A stretch of 38,476 bases of DNA from Actinomycetota bacterium (GTDB lineage: Bacteria; Actinomycetota; Acidimicrobiia; Actinomarinales; Actinomarinaceae), in the NCBI GenBank assembly GCA_027729925.1, contig JAQCEB010000005.1, forward strand, positions 1-38,476, given 5' to 3'. How positions within the stretch are numbered: the stretch's first letter is position 1; each line of letters starts with the position of its first letter. This document shows positions 1 to 9,250 of this stretch, piece by piece. The position numbers and the translations under genes are program-made. The notes under the pieces are model-generated. The model was not told the DNA's origin. It ran no database searches and was given only the letters and a program-made list of their open reading frames with translations.

Positions 1-2
1 TC

Positions 3-47
3 TTTAAATTTACATTAGATAATAATCTTATGCAAGAAAATAGCTAA
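3..47 (+). CDS. Possible 3' end of a gene entering from the left edge (FKFTLDNNLMQENS*)
   Basis: Frame 3 is open from the window edge to TAA at 45-47 and converges on metK. It is too short to identify. Confidence 0.3.
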   Translation, partial: FKFTLDNNLMQENS

Positions 48-62
48 TCTATTTTTCGCGAA

Positions 63-1151
63 CTAAAAATCTACTTTTTGTTCCCAATTTCTATCAGAAT
101 GTCCAAAATGAGAAAATAAAGTATCTTTTGTATAATCAACATCAAGTAAATTTAATCTTTCAATAATTGATCCTGGTTTCATATCAAACTTACTTACAAA
201 ATCTTGCAAAACTTTATCCTCAACTTTTTGAGTATCGAATAAGTTGATGCTTAATTCGTAAGGATCTGATTTACCAATTGCATAACTAACTCTAACTTGA
301 CATTTATCTGCTAATTCATGCATAACTATATTTTTTGCCAAATGTCTTGCTGCATAAGCAGCGGATCTATCAACCTTACTAGGATCCTTACCAGAAAACG
401 CACCACCGCCAACTGGAACTGTTGGACCGTATGCATCAACGACAATTTTTCTTCCGGTTAATCCTGTATCTCCTGCAGGCCCACCTTTAACAAATGATCC
501 AGAAGGATTTAAGTCTAATTTGTAATTAAACTCAATTACTTGACTAACAAGATTTGAAACAGTTTCTTCTAACTCACTAATATTTATGTTTGGTTGATGT
601 TGAGTTGAAACAACAACTTTTATTACTTCTCCACCAGTTGTTACTTGTACTTTTGAATCCAAATCTAAGTTCTCATCCGAATTTTGAACTGCCCATAATT
701 TCTGCTGAATTTGACGAGAATATTCAAAAGTTTTAGGCATAAAATTACTTGTTTCATTACTAGCAAATCCAACCATGATACCTTGGTCTCCAGCTCCTAA
801 ATCTTGATCATCTTCTACTGCTGAGCGAATCTCTTCAGATTGTGGAGTCAGTACATTTAAAATAGAAAGTTTGTTTAAATCAAAATCAAAAAAGCTGGTT
901 TTAATTGTTTTACTAAGAGCTAACTTAACAATGCTGTTAATTTTTTCGTCATCCATTCCAGCTATTTCACTAATTTCTCCTCCAACGACAACAAGTCCAC
1001 CTTCATGGGTTCCTGTCAGAAAAGTCTCAACAGCAACTTTTGATTTTTTATTTGTCTTTAAAGCTTCAGTTAAGACAGAATCCGAAATAAAATCTGCAAT
1101 TTTATCAGGATGTCCTGGCGAAACAGTTTCAGCGGTTGCAATTTTTTCCAT
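63..1151 (-). CDS. metK: S-adenosylmethionine synthetase
   Basis: GHPDK, GAGDQG, STQH, GLTGRK and GGGAFSGKDPSKVDRSAAY motifs. Abuts the metE stop codon. Confidence 0.97.
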   Translation of the reverse strand: MEKIATAETVSPGHPDKIADFISDSVLTEALKTNKKSKVAVETFLTGTHEGGLVVVGGEISEIAGMDDEKINSIVKLALSKTIKTSFFDFDLNKLSILNVLTPQSEEIRSAVEDDQDLGAGDQGIMVGFASNETSNFMPKTFEYSRQIQQKLWAVQNSDENLDLDSKVQVTTGGEVIKVVVSTQHQPNINISELEETVSNLVSQVIEFNYKLDLNPSGSFVKGGPAGDTGLTGRKIVVDAYGPTVPVGGGAFSGKDPSKVDRSAAYAARHLAKNIVMHELADKCQVRVSYAIGKSDPYELSINLFDTQKVEDKVLQDFVSKFDMKPGSIIERLNLLDVDYTKDTLFSHFGHSDRNWEQKVDF

Positions 1152-3407
1152 TTATAATTTCTCCTTAGCTTTATTCGTTGCATCAACCATATTAGTTAAG
1201 CTTTCTTTAACTTCTGGCCAGCCTCTTGTTTTAAGACCACAATCTGGGTTAATCCAAATTTTATTCAAGTCTAAGCTATTTATGAGTTCTCCAACCCTAT
1301 TTTCCGCATCAACGCCTTGAAGTACAAGTGGTGAGTGAATGTCGTAAACTCCTGGACCGATAGCTCCTCTGTATTTTTCTTTTAAATTAGGATTTACAAG
1401 TTCCATACCGCTTCTTGAAGCTTCTATTGAAAGCACGTCAACATCTAATGCATTGATTGCATCTAAAATTTCATCAAATTCTGAGTAGCACATGTGTGAA
1501 TGAATTTGAGTAGTAGTTTCAACTCCCGAGGATGCAAGTTTGAAAGAATTTACTGCCCAATCTAAATATTCATCTTTATATTTTGAATTAAGTGGCAAGC
1601 CTTCTCTAATTGCTGGTTCATCGATTTGAATTATTTTTATATTATTTTTTTCAAGGTCAATTACTTCGTCTCTTAAAGCTAATCCAATTTGATAAGCAAC
1701 ATCTTTTTTAGAGATATCATCTCTATAAAAACTCCATTGTAGAATCGTTACTGGACCAGTTAACATTCCTTTCATATTCTTTTTAGTTAAGCTCTGAGCA
1801 AAAACTGACCAATCAACAGTCATTGATTTAGGTCTATGAACATCGCCAAATATAATCGGAGGTTTTACGCACCTACTGCCATAACTTTGGACCCAACCAA
1901 ATTTTGAAAATGCAAAGCCTTCTAGTAGTTCTCCAAAATATTCAACCATGTCATTTCTTTCAGCTTCACCATGAACTAAGACATCGATTCCTAAATTTTC
2001 TTGAAACTCAATAGTTTCAGAAATAATTTGTTTTAAGCCATCATTGTATTCATCAATAGAAATTTCTCCGGATTTAAATTGCTTTCTCAAATTTCTTGTT
2101 TTGAGAGTTTGAGGAAAAGATCCAATAGTTGTTGTTGGTAGCAAAGGTATATTTAACGCTTTGGATTGTTTTTCTAATCTAACTTCTCTATCTTCACTTC
2201 TAATAAAATCTTCATCGGATAATTCAGAAACTCTACTCCTAACACTACTTACAACTCTTCCAACTAGTGCTTTGTCGGCAGTTAATCTTTTGCTTTCATA
2301 TTCCATAATTTCTTTTAAATCATTATTATTTGTTAAAGATGAATTGAGGATTCTTAATTCATCTAGTTTTTCTTCAGCGAAAGATAAAATATTTTTTAAA
2401 TTGATATCAAGACCATCTTCATTTTCAAGACTATACGGTGTATGCAACATTGAACACGAACTAGAAATTGAAAAGTTATCAATTCCTAACCCAATTAAAT
2501 TAGAAATCTTCTCATCAAGATTACTTTTCCATATTGTTCTACCGTTTATTAGTCCTATCACAACGTGTTTTTTTAAGGAAATATTAACTATTTCATCTTG
2601 TGAGAAACCTTCATAACAAAGATCTAGATGTATAGACTCAATATTTGAATCTAATATTTCATCTAAAAAACCTTCATACTTTCCAAAATAACCTAAAAGA
2701 TGTATTTTCAAATTAGATTTTTGAATCAATAATTTAAGAGAACTAAAAGCATCATCATTTACCATATGATTTCCGACACCTACACAACCTTCGTCTAGTA
2801 AGACTTCTTTGAATCCAATTTCTTCAAGCATTCTAAATAACTCAAGATAGGCATTAACAATTTTTTGTAGTTTGTTATCGTCTATTCCTTTTTCTTTAGC
2901 TAGCGTAAGTAAAGTTGCTGGACCAATAATCTTAGGTCTGCAATTAAAATTCTTAGATTTTGCTAAATCTAATTCATATTTAAATCTATAAATAGTAGGT
3001 TGAAAATCAAGAGACCAATCAATTTCTGGGACTAGATAGTGATAATTTGTATCAAACCATTTGGTCATATCAAGTGGGGGTTCGTCTTTTTCATTAACCT
3101 TTCCACCTCTTGATGCTTTAAAATATGTTTCTAGATTTTCATGATTTGTATAACCAAATCGTTTTTGGGGAATTCCAAGATGAGTTACAGTGTCAAGAAC
3201 TTGATCATAAAATGAAAAATCTCCAGCTAAAACAGTATCTGCACCATTCTTAGATTGAGTTTCCCAATTATTAGTGATCAGATTGTCAGATACCTCAAAA
3301 ACATCTTTGAGCGTTGAATCCCCTCTCCAATACTTTTCTACAATCCACTTGTATTCTCTATTCTTTCCAACTCTTGGGTATCCAATAATATTTATTTTAT
3401 TCGTCAT
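1152..3407 (-). CDS. metE: Cobalamin-independent methionine synthase (two-barrel MetE)
   Basis: GYPRVG..RE.K, TKWFDTNYHY, PTTTIGSFPQT, HGEAERNDMVEYF, WVQSYGSRC and the Zn ligands HMC and NPDCGLKTR; 751 aa. Confidence 0.98.
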   Translation of the reverse strand: MTNKINIIGYPRVGKNREYKWIVEKYWRGDSTLKDVFEVSDNLITNNWETQSKNGADTVLAGDFSFYDQVLDTVTHLGIPQKRFGYTNHENLETYFKASRGGKVNEKDEPPLDMTKWFDTNYHYLVPEIDWSLDFQPTIYRFKYELDLAKSKNFNCRPKIIGPATLLTLAKEKGIDDNKLQKIVNAYLELFRMLEEIGFKEVLLDEGCVGVGNHMVNDDAFSSLKLLIQKSNLKIHLLGYFGKYEGFLDEILDSNIESIHLDLCYEGFSQDEIVNISLKKHVVIGLINGRTIWKSNLDEKISNLIGLGIDNFSISSSCSMLHTPYSLENEDGLDINLKNILSFAEEKLDELRILNSSLTNNNDLKEIMEYESKRLTADKALVGRVVSSVRSRVSELSDEDFIRSEDREVRLEKQSKALNIPLLPTTTIGSFPQTLKTRNLRKQFKSGEISIDEYNDGLKQIISETIEFQENLGIDVLVHGEAERNDMVEYFGELLEGFAFSKFGWVQSYGSRCVKPPIIFGDVHRPKSMTVDWSVFAQSLTKKNMKGMLTGPVTILQWSFYRDDISKKDVAYQIGLALRDEVIDLEKNNIKIIQIDEPAIREGLPLNSKYKDEYLDWAVNSFKLASSGVETTTQIHSHMCYSEFDEILDAINALDVDVLSIEASRSGMELVNPNLKEKYRGAIGPGVYDIHSPLVLQGVDAENRVGELINSLDLNKIWINPDCGLKTRGWPEVKESLTNMVDATNKAKEKL

Positions 3408-3418
3408 TTAGCCTTCTT

Positions 3419-4288
3419 TCATTTTTTAAATTTTTCATCTAGATTTTTATAAATTTCTTTAAAGGCTTTATATCTATTAAGTGTATAAAAATGAAGTCCA
3501 TCTACATTTTCTTCAATGAGTTCATTACACATTTCTGTTATATATTTAATTCCAAAAGATCTTTCTTGATCTTTTGAATTACATTGTTGAAAACCTTCAT
3601 GTAGCTTTTTAGGTAGTTTTATATCGCAAATTTTTGCAAATCTGATAGCTTGCTCATAACTTATTAAGGGCATAATGCCTGCATAGGTTGGAACGTAATT
3701 ATCAAGAACTTGTATTTTCTTTCTAAAATTTAAATATTCTTGAGAGTCAAAAAATAATTGAGTTGCTGAAAACAAACCTCCTTGGTCGACTTTTATTTTA
3801 TATGTTGAAATCGTTTGATAAATATCATCATCTTCAGGATGGCCTGTGGGAAAAGTTCCAAAACCTATTTTATCAATATTATTTTGTTTTAAATATGCAA
3901 TTAAATCACTTGCATATTCAAATTCACTATTCGTGCTTTCTAAATCATCAATATCCATTAAAAATTCATCTCTCGGACAATCTCCCCTTACAACCAAAAA
4001 TGAATCAATTCTATTTTCTAAATATGTATTAATAATTTTATCTACATCAGTTTTGTCTTTATCGCAACTAGTAATGTGAGCAACTATCTCTGAACGAGAA
4101 AATTTCCTAAAAATTTCAACAGCCCTAATTATTTCTCTATTCTTAGAAAATCCTGCACCATCAGTAAAGGATACAAATGCGGGATCAAAATCTGATAATT
4201 CTATTACTGATTTTTCAAATGATTCATACTCCCTCTCATTTCTAGGAGGGAAAAACTCAAATGATAACTCTAAATTTCTTCCAAACAT
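3419..4288 (-). CDS. metF: 5,10-methylenetetrahydrofolate reductase
   Basis: SFEFFPP, T.GAG, AHIT, RGD, TQLFFD and HFYTLN motifs. First gene of the met operon. Confidence 0.95.
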   Translation of the reverse strand: MFGRNLELSFEFFPPRNEREYESFEKSVIELSDFDPAFVSFTDGAGFSKNREIIRAVEIFRKFSRSEIVAHITSCDKDKTDVDKIINTYLENRIDSFLVVRGDCPRDEFLMDIDDLESTNSEFEYASDLIAYLKQNNIDKIGFGTFPTGHPEDDDIYQTISTYKIKVDQGGLFSATQLFFDSQEYLNFRKKIQVLDNYVPTYAGIMPLISYEQAIRFAKICDIKLPKKLHEGFQQCNSKDQERSFGIKYITEMCNELIEENVDGLHFYTLNRYKAFKEIYKNLDEKFKK

Positions 4289-4307
4289 AATTTAAACTCA
4301 TTTTGAA

Positions 4308-4394
4308 GAAAGGCTATTTTTTGCAGAATGCCACATTAACTTAGCACCTTGGATAGCCTTCCAGGTTGCTGAGGACTTAACCTCTCAAAATGTA
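4308..4394 (-). ncRNA. SAM riboswitch, SAM-I/IV variant class
   Basis: The minus strand reads acatt-ttga-GAGG ttaagt CCTC-AGCAACC tgga aggcta tcca aGGTGCT-aa-gtt-aatgt-g-GCA ttc TGC-aaaaaa-tagcct. This gives P1 (acatt/aatgt), a short P2, the SAM-clan core AGCAACC...GGTGCT (P3), no P4, a P5, and PK-2 between the L3 loop AGGCTA and downstream TAGCCT. It lies directly 5' of metF-metE-metK. Confidence 0.9.
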
Positions 4395-4399
4395 ATTTA

Positions 4400-4427
4400 A
4401 TATTAGTTACCTAAATTAATTATTCAA
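4400..4427 (-). promoter_or_regulatory. Putative sigma-70 promoter of the met operon
   Basis: Minus strand TTGAAT-16 nt-TAATAT, which would put the start site at about 4393, the 5' edge of riboswitch P1. Confidence 0.5.
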
Positions 4428-4459
4428 TTTACATAAATAATTATTTCTTTTACTAATCT

Positions 4460-5641
4460 TTGTTTGTGATTAAAGAAATTAAAAACATTTCAAGTCTCTT
4501 AATTTCAGTTGGATTTTCGTCAATAGGTTTTATTGCTGCAGTTACTGTAACCGCTTTAGCTGCTCGAGAAGTTTCAGATAATCCACTATTTGTTGGCTTT
4601 CCTAATGCTCTAGGTGTAGGTGGTGGCGTACTTGGGACTCAAATTTATTATTTTTTATCAAAGAAATACTCTCGTTATGTTGCATTATCAATAACTTTTT
4701 TTGTTGGGGGGTTAGGAGGCTTGATTTCACTTTACAGTCTAATATTAGACTCATTCCTTCTACTTCTGGTAGGTGCTTTCATATTAGGTATTGGTCATTC
4801 GGCTACTTTACAAACTAGATACGCAGCATCATTTGTTTCAAGCGAAAAATTTAAAGCCACATCTCTAGCTTTAGCAGTTTGGTTTTCAGTTTTTGGATCG
4901 GTTTTTGGTCCAAGATTAGTTGGTACTTACTCAGATTTTTTTGATAGCCTTTATGGATCAGATTTGATTGTTGGATATATAATTGCAATGTTTGGAATGT
5001 CACTAGCTGGATTAGCAATAATGTCATTTACCTCTAAAAAAAGCATACTTAGACAAGTTCAAATAAAAGAGACATTCAAACCAGAAGACTCTTCTAGTCA
5101 TAAAGAAGGAAATTTGTTGACCTTACTCCTAGTACTTAACCACTTTGTAATGGTTGTTGTTATGTCGGCAACTCCACTGCATATCAAAGACATAGGAGAA
5201 AGTGTTCAGTTGGTCGGAGTAATTATAAGTTACCACACGCTTGGAATGTTTCTATTATCTCCTATTTTAGGAAAGCTCGTTGATAGAAATGGTTATAGAA
5301 ATTTTACTTTTATTGGTTCGGGAATATTACTTTTGAGTTGCTGTTTAACTTTTTTGAACTCAAGTCCTCTATTTTTAAAAATAGGCCTATATCTGTTAGG
5401 TTTAGGTTGGAATTTTAATTATGTAGCTTTAAGCGATGCTATTTCTAAATTTACAATTAAATATAAAACACCCCTTAATATAAAAAGCGATTCTTTTGTT
5501 TTCGTTGGGAGCTTTGTTGCGCACTCCACCCTTGGCTTAAGTTATATAGTAATTGGATATAAAGGATTGTCTCTTATAGGAATAATCGTAAGTATATATT
5601 TATTACTTAATTTAAAAAAGCTCTCAAAAATTGCTATCTAA
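4460..5641 (+). CDS. MFS transporter
   Basis: About 12 hydrophobic segments and motif-A-like GKLVDRNG. The in-frame GTG at 4466 may be the true (leaderless) start. Confidence 0.88.
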   Translation: MFVIKEIKNISSLLISVGFSSIGFIAAVTVTALAAREVSDNPLFVGFPNALGVGGGVLGTQIYYFLSKKYSRYVALSITFFVGGLGGLISLYSLILDSFLLLLVGAFILGIGHSATLQTRYAASFVSSEKFKATSLALAVWFSVFGSVFGPRLVGTYSDFFDSLYGSDLIVGYIIAMFGMSLAGLAIMSFTSKKSILRQVQIKETFKPEDSSSHKEGNLLTLLLVLNHFVMVVVMSATPLHIKDIGESVQLVGVIISYHTLGMFLLSPILGKLVDRNGYRNFTFIGSGILLLSCCLTFLNSSPLFLKIGLYLLGLGWNFNYVALSDAISKFTIKYKTPLNIKSDSFVFVGSFVAHSTLGLSYIVIGYKGLSLIGIIVSIYLLLNLKKLSKIAI

Positions 5642-6246
5642 TGAACACAAAACCTTTTACAAAAAAAGAACTTTATTTAATTTCGAAAGATAAAAATTTA
5701 GCAAAAATTATAAGAAAAAACGGATCAATAAGTTTTTCAAGAAAAAAACAAGACCCTTTTAATAATTTGATAGGGATAATAATTTCACAATTTATTTCAA
5801 CCAAGGCAGCAGATGGCATTAAAAATAATATCTTAAATTTATTTAATAAAAAGCAGTTTGAAATAAATTCATTTAAGAATTTGAACGTAAACGAAATAAA
5901 AGCACTTGGATTGAGCACAAATAAAGCGAGATCTGTTAAAGAAGTTACGAATTATTTTTTGCATCATAAAGTTATAGAAAGAATCTATACACTTGATCAA
6001 AAAGAAAGAGAGGCTGAATTATTAAAACTATTTGGTATAGGTAGATGGAGTGTAGAAATGTTCGAAATGTTTGCTGTTAGAAATATAAATGTTTTTTCTT
6101 CAGGTGATGCTGCTCTTAGGTCAGTAATGATTGAAACTAATATGGTTCAAAAAAACGCAAATTTAAATGATTTTGAAAATTATTCAAAAATCTGGAGTCC
6201 ATTTAAAACAATCGCTTCTTTACACTTGTGGAAGTCTATTGACTAA
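5641..6246 (+). CDS. alkA: DNA-3-methyladenine glycosylase II family (HhH-GPD), short form
   Basis: IISQFIST.AA, GLS..K, HhH LFGIGRWS, FSSGD with the catalytic Asp, and WSPFKT.ASLHLW. Confidence 0.85.
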   Translation: MNTKPFTKKELYLISKDKNLAKIIRKNGSISFSRKKQDPFNNLIGIIISQFISTKAADGIKNNILNLFNKKQFEINSFKNLNVNEIKALGLSTNKARSVKEVTNYFLHHKVIERIYTLDQKEREAELLKLFGIGRWSVEMFEMFAVRNINVFSSGDAALRSVMIETNMVQKNANLNDFENYSKIWSPFKTIASLHLWKSID

Positions 6247-7517
6247 TTTTTTATTTTTAGGAGTACATCTTTAACAGGGTGTGGAATTGGTGTAGGTCTA
6301 ATATTCAATTCACTTTCAATTTCAAAATTTGGATATGTTTGCACAAATTTATAAACTACATTTTTGAATATATAACTTGCAAGAAATTTACCTAAACATG
6401 TGTGCGCACCTCCAGCAAAAGGAAAATATGATTCATTGTTTTGTTCAACATCAATAAATCTTTTTGGGTCAAATTTCTCAGGATTACTCCAATATCTTTC
6501 ATCGTGATGAAGAAGTAAAGGACTAACTGCAATATATTGATCTTTAAGTACTGAGTAATTTTCAACAGTAGTTTCTTCAACAGCACAACGAAGTGAAAAT
6601 GGAACTGGTGGGTATAACCTAATTGATTCTTTAAAAATAGATTCAGCAAATAGTCCATTCTTAAGGTCAGCAATTTTTAACACATCAGTGTTCTGTGCTT
6701 CATTTCTTAATTCTTCAACAAGAAAACTTTCCTTAGCAAGGTTATATATTGAGTTAGTTAAAGTAATAGTAGTTGTATCGTGAGCAGCTAATAATAAAAA
6801 AATCATGTGCTCTGCAATTTCAAAATTTGATAAACCGGAGACTTCTTTATTTGTTAATACAAGTTCTTCAAAAATTGTATTTTTTTCTTTTTGTACAACC
6901 TCCATTGCTTTTTTTTCAAAATAATTAAGTAAATATTTTCTTGCCTTTAAGCCTTTTTTTAATTTTGTAAATGGTAAAGGTGATCTAACAACTGAAGTAG
7001 CAGAAGAAATAGAATCGCTAAACATTTTATTTAATAAATGTGAATCTTCATTGTTAACATTTTGAAAAAATAAATCTAAAGAGATATCGAACATTAGCTG
7101 TTTGATAGAAGAGTATAAATATAATTCTTTCCGAGTTTTTAAGTTTTCTAACCAGTCATCAATCGAGTCTTGAATTATATATAAATAATTTTCTATAGCA
7201 TCATGTCGAAATGACTCTTGTAGTAAAGATCTATGATATTTATGATCTTCAAAATCACGAAGCATTACTCCGTTTTCAAATGTTTTACCTAACGAAAACT
7301 CCCAACCTTTTTTAGAAGAAAAAATATTGTTTTTGTCTAAGAAAATTTCCTTGGTGGAATTTGGGGTTAAAAAAGTCAATACTCTTTCATTTAGCAAAGA
7401 TATTTGAAAAACATCGCCATATTTTTTTTGAACTTTTTTAGTTAATTTAAGAGCATTATTTTGAAACTGAACTGAGTGACCAATATAAGGCAAGCTAGGT
7501 ACAACTGGTGCTTTCAT
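6243..7517 (-). CDS. Cytochrome P450 (CYP136-like)
   Basis: I-helix AAHDTT, ExxR (ESIR), FDPKRF meander and heme ligand FAGGAHTCLG. The GWEF..G..F..G.ML.DF..H..HR segment resembles CYP136. Confidence 0.93.
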   Translation of the reverse strand: MKAPVVPSLPYIGHSVQFQNNALKLTKKVQKKYGDVFQISLLNERVLTFLTPNSTKEIFLDKNNIFSSKKGWEFSLGKTFENGVMLRDFEDHKYHRSLLQESFRHDAIENYLYIIQDSIDDWLENLKTRKELYLYSSIKQLMFDISLDLFFQNVNNEDSHLLNKMFSDSISSATSVVRSPLPFTKLKKGLKARKYLLNYFEKKAMEVVQKEKNTIFEELVLTNKEVSGLSNFEIAEHMIFLLLAAHDTTTITLTNSIYNLAKESFLVEELRNEAQNTDVLKIADLKNGLFAESIFKESIRLYPPVPFSLRCAVEETTVENYSVLKDQYIAVSPLLLHHDERYWSNPEKFDPKRFIDVEQNNESYFPFAGGAHTCLGKFLASYIFKNVVYKFVQTYPNFEIESELNIRPTPIPHPVKDVLLKIKN

Positions 7518-7562
7518 ATTTTAATAATACATAATTGATGAACCGGATAAAACTTAATTTAT

Positions 7563-8390
7563 TTATAGCTCTATCTTTAATAAATCTGTGCCAAGAGTAA
7601 CTTCACCCTTATAGAATTCTTGGATTTTATTTAAAACTACTTTTTCATCAAATACTGGTGGAACAAAGTGATTTAAAATAAGTTTTTTTACACTAGCTTT
7701 ACTGGCTAACTTTCCCACTTGTTCAGGGGTTGAATGATACGCTTTAACATTCTCTAATGTTTCTTTAGACATTCTTTCTGGATGAAAAGTTAATCCCGCA
7801 TAAAGTTCATGAATTAATAAATCTACATTGTTAGATGCATCTTCCAAATTTTTTGAATATGAAGTGTCTCCCGAATAAACAAAAGTTTTTGTTTTATTAA
7901 TTGTTATTTTATAACCAAAAGCTGGCTCTACAGGTAAGTGATTAACTTCAATTGGTGTTATCTCAATGTCATTTATATAAATTAAAGATTTTGTATCTAT
8001 TTCAAAAATCTCATATGTAAGACCGTCCATATTTGGTCTTGCCTCCCAATCTTTTCTTAAATTTAGCTCCTGCTTATATGCCTCTAAAATTGTTTCGAAA
8101 TATTTTTTAATACCTTTAGGACCATATATTTTAAATGGAATATCTCTTCCTGTGTGCCATCCAGATATAAACAATTGGTAAAGATCAACAATATGATCAG
8201 AGTGCAAATGTGTTATAAGTATAAAATCAATTTCAGATGGTAAAATAGAGCACTCACTAAGCCTTTGCGTAACACCTGATCCTGCATCTATTAAAAAATT
8301 TAAATTTTCTGAACTAATCAAAGTGCTGGGGCCAAATCTTTCATGACTTGGTGCTGGACACCCTGTACCAAGTAATATAATCTCGCTCAA
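7563..8390 (-). CDS. MBL-fold metallo-hydrolase (RNase Z/arylsulfatase AtsA-like)
   Basis: LGTG.P.P, DAG.G, THLHSDH, SGDT, HE, YHST and NHF motifs. Confidence 0.85.
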   Translation of the reverse strand: MSEIILLGTGCPAPSHERFGPSTLISSENLNFLIDAGSGVTQRLSECSILPSEIDFILITHLHSDHIVDLYQLFISGWHTGRDIPFKIYGPKGIKKYFETILEAYKQELNLRKDWEARPNMDGLTYEIFEIDTKSLIYINDIEITPIEVNHLPVEPAFGYKITINKTKTFVYSGDTSYSKNLEDASNNVDLLIHELYAGLTFHPERMSKETLENVKAYHSTPEQVGKLASKASVKKLILNHFVPPVFDEKVVLNKIQEFYKGEVTLGTDLLKIEL

Positions 8391-9250
8391 TTTATTTCTC
8401 CAACTGATAATGAAGACAGCACAATTAATGGTCTTGCTCCAAGGCTTATTTGCTTTATACTATCTTCAATATTTTCTATATATCTAAATAGTTTTTTATC
8501 AAATTTTTTATTTTCCATAAGAGCAAATGAAAAATATTTAAGAGTTTGCACTATCAAAAAGTTTAAAGAAATATTTTCCTCTTCCGGTAATTTCTTAATA
8601 ATATCTTTACAAATTTCAATTAACCTAACAAAACAAGCCAATTGAACATAGTGATCATCTAATTCATCATTAAGTTGTTGAAGTAAATTTTTTAACTCCT
8701 TTAATTCTTCATTTAAATTCTTTTTAGTAAATATTTCATTGTCATAAAAAGTTAAAAGATCATCTTCTGAAAAATCATATTTTATTTCTATATCCGAATT
8801 TAAAAATAAAGTCCTACACCGACTTTTTATAGTCGTTAAGATAAAATTTTCAGTTTCTGCTTTTCCGTGAGACCAAAAATTTCCGGAGGATAAAATAATA
8901 AAAATACTTGAACTAGATGGCTCTTCAATAGTTTTTAGAAGAGCATTGGAGGCTTCCTCTGTAAGAGATTTAAATGGAGGAATAATAATTATTTTGTACT
9001 TTCCTTCTATCGGAACTAAAGAATCATTACTTATAATATCTCTTATGTCCTCTATTCCAATAGTATTCAAATTTTCTGATTCAATTAACCTAATATCTGG
9101 ATGTTGAATTTTTTCTAAATTCTGAAACAAAATTAAACTAGAAAATTTCTGTGCTTGGTCAATTAAATAATTTGCTGAGTTGGAATAGAGTAAATAGGCA
9201 TGGAAAGGTTTTTTTGCCTCTTGCAATAATTGATTATTAAGAATTGTCAA
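8387..9250 (-). CDS. holB: DNA polymerase III delta-prime subunit, reduced
   Basis: HAYLL, HPD, I.IE.IR, ASNALLKTIEEP and TIKSRC motifs; conserved tmk-holB gene order. Confidence 0.85.
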   Translation of the reverse strand: MTILNNQLLQEAKKPFHAYLLYSNSANYLIDQAQKFSSLILFQNLEKIQHPDIRLIESENLNTIGIEDIRDIISNDSLVPIEGKYKIIIIPPFKSLTEEASNALLKTIEEPSSSSIFIILSSGNFWSHGKAETENFILTTIKSRCRTLFLNSDIEIKYDFSEDDLLTFYDNEIFTKKNLNEELKELKNLLQQLNDELDDHYVQLACFVRLIEICKDIIKKLPEEENISLNFLIVQTLKYFSFALMENKKFDKKLFRYIENIEDSIKQISLGARPLIVLSSLSVGEIN

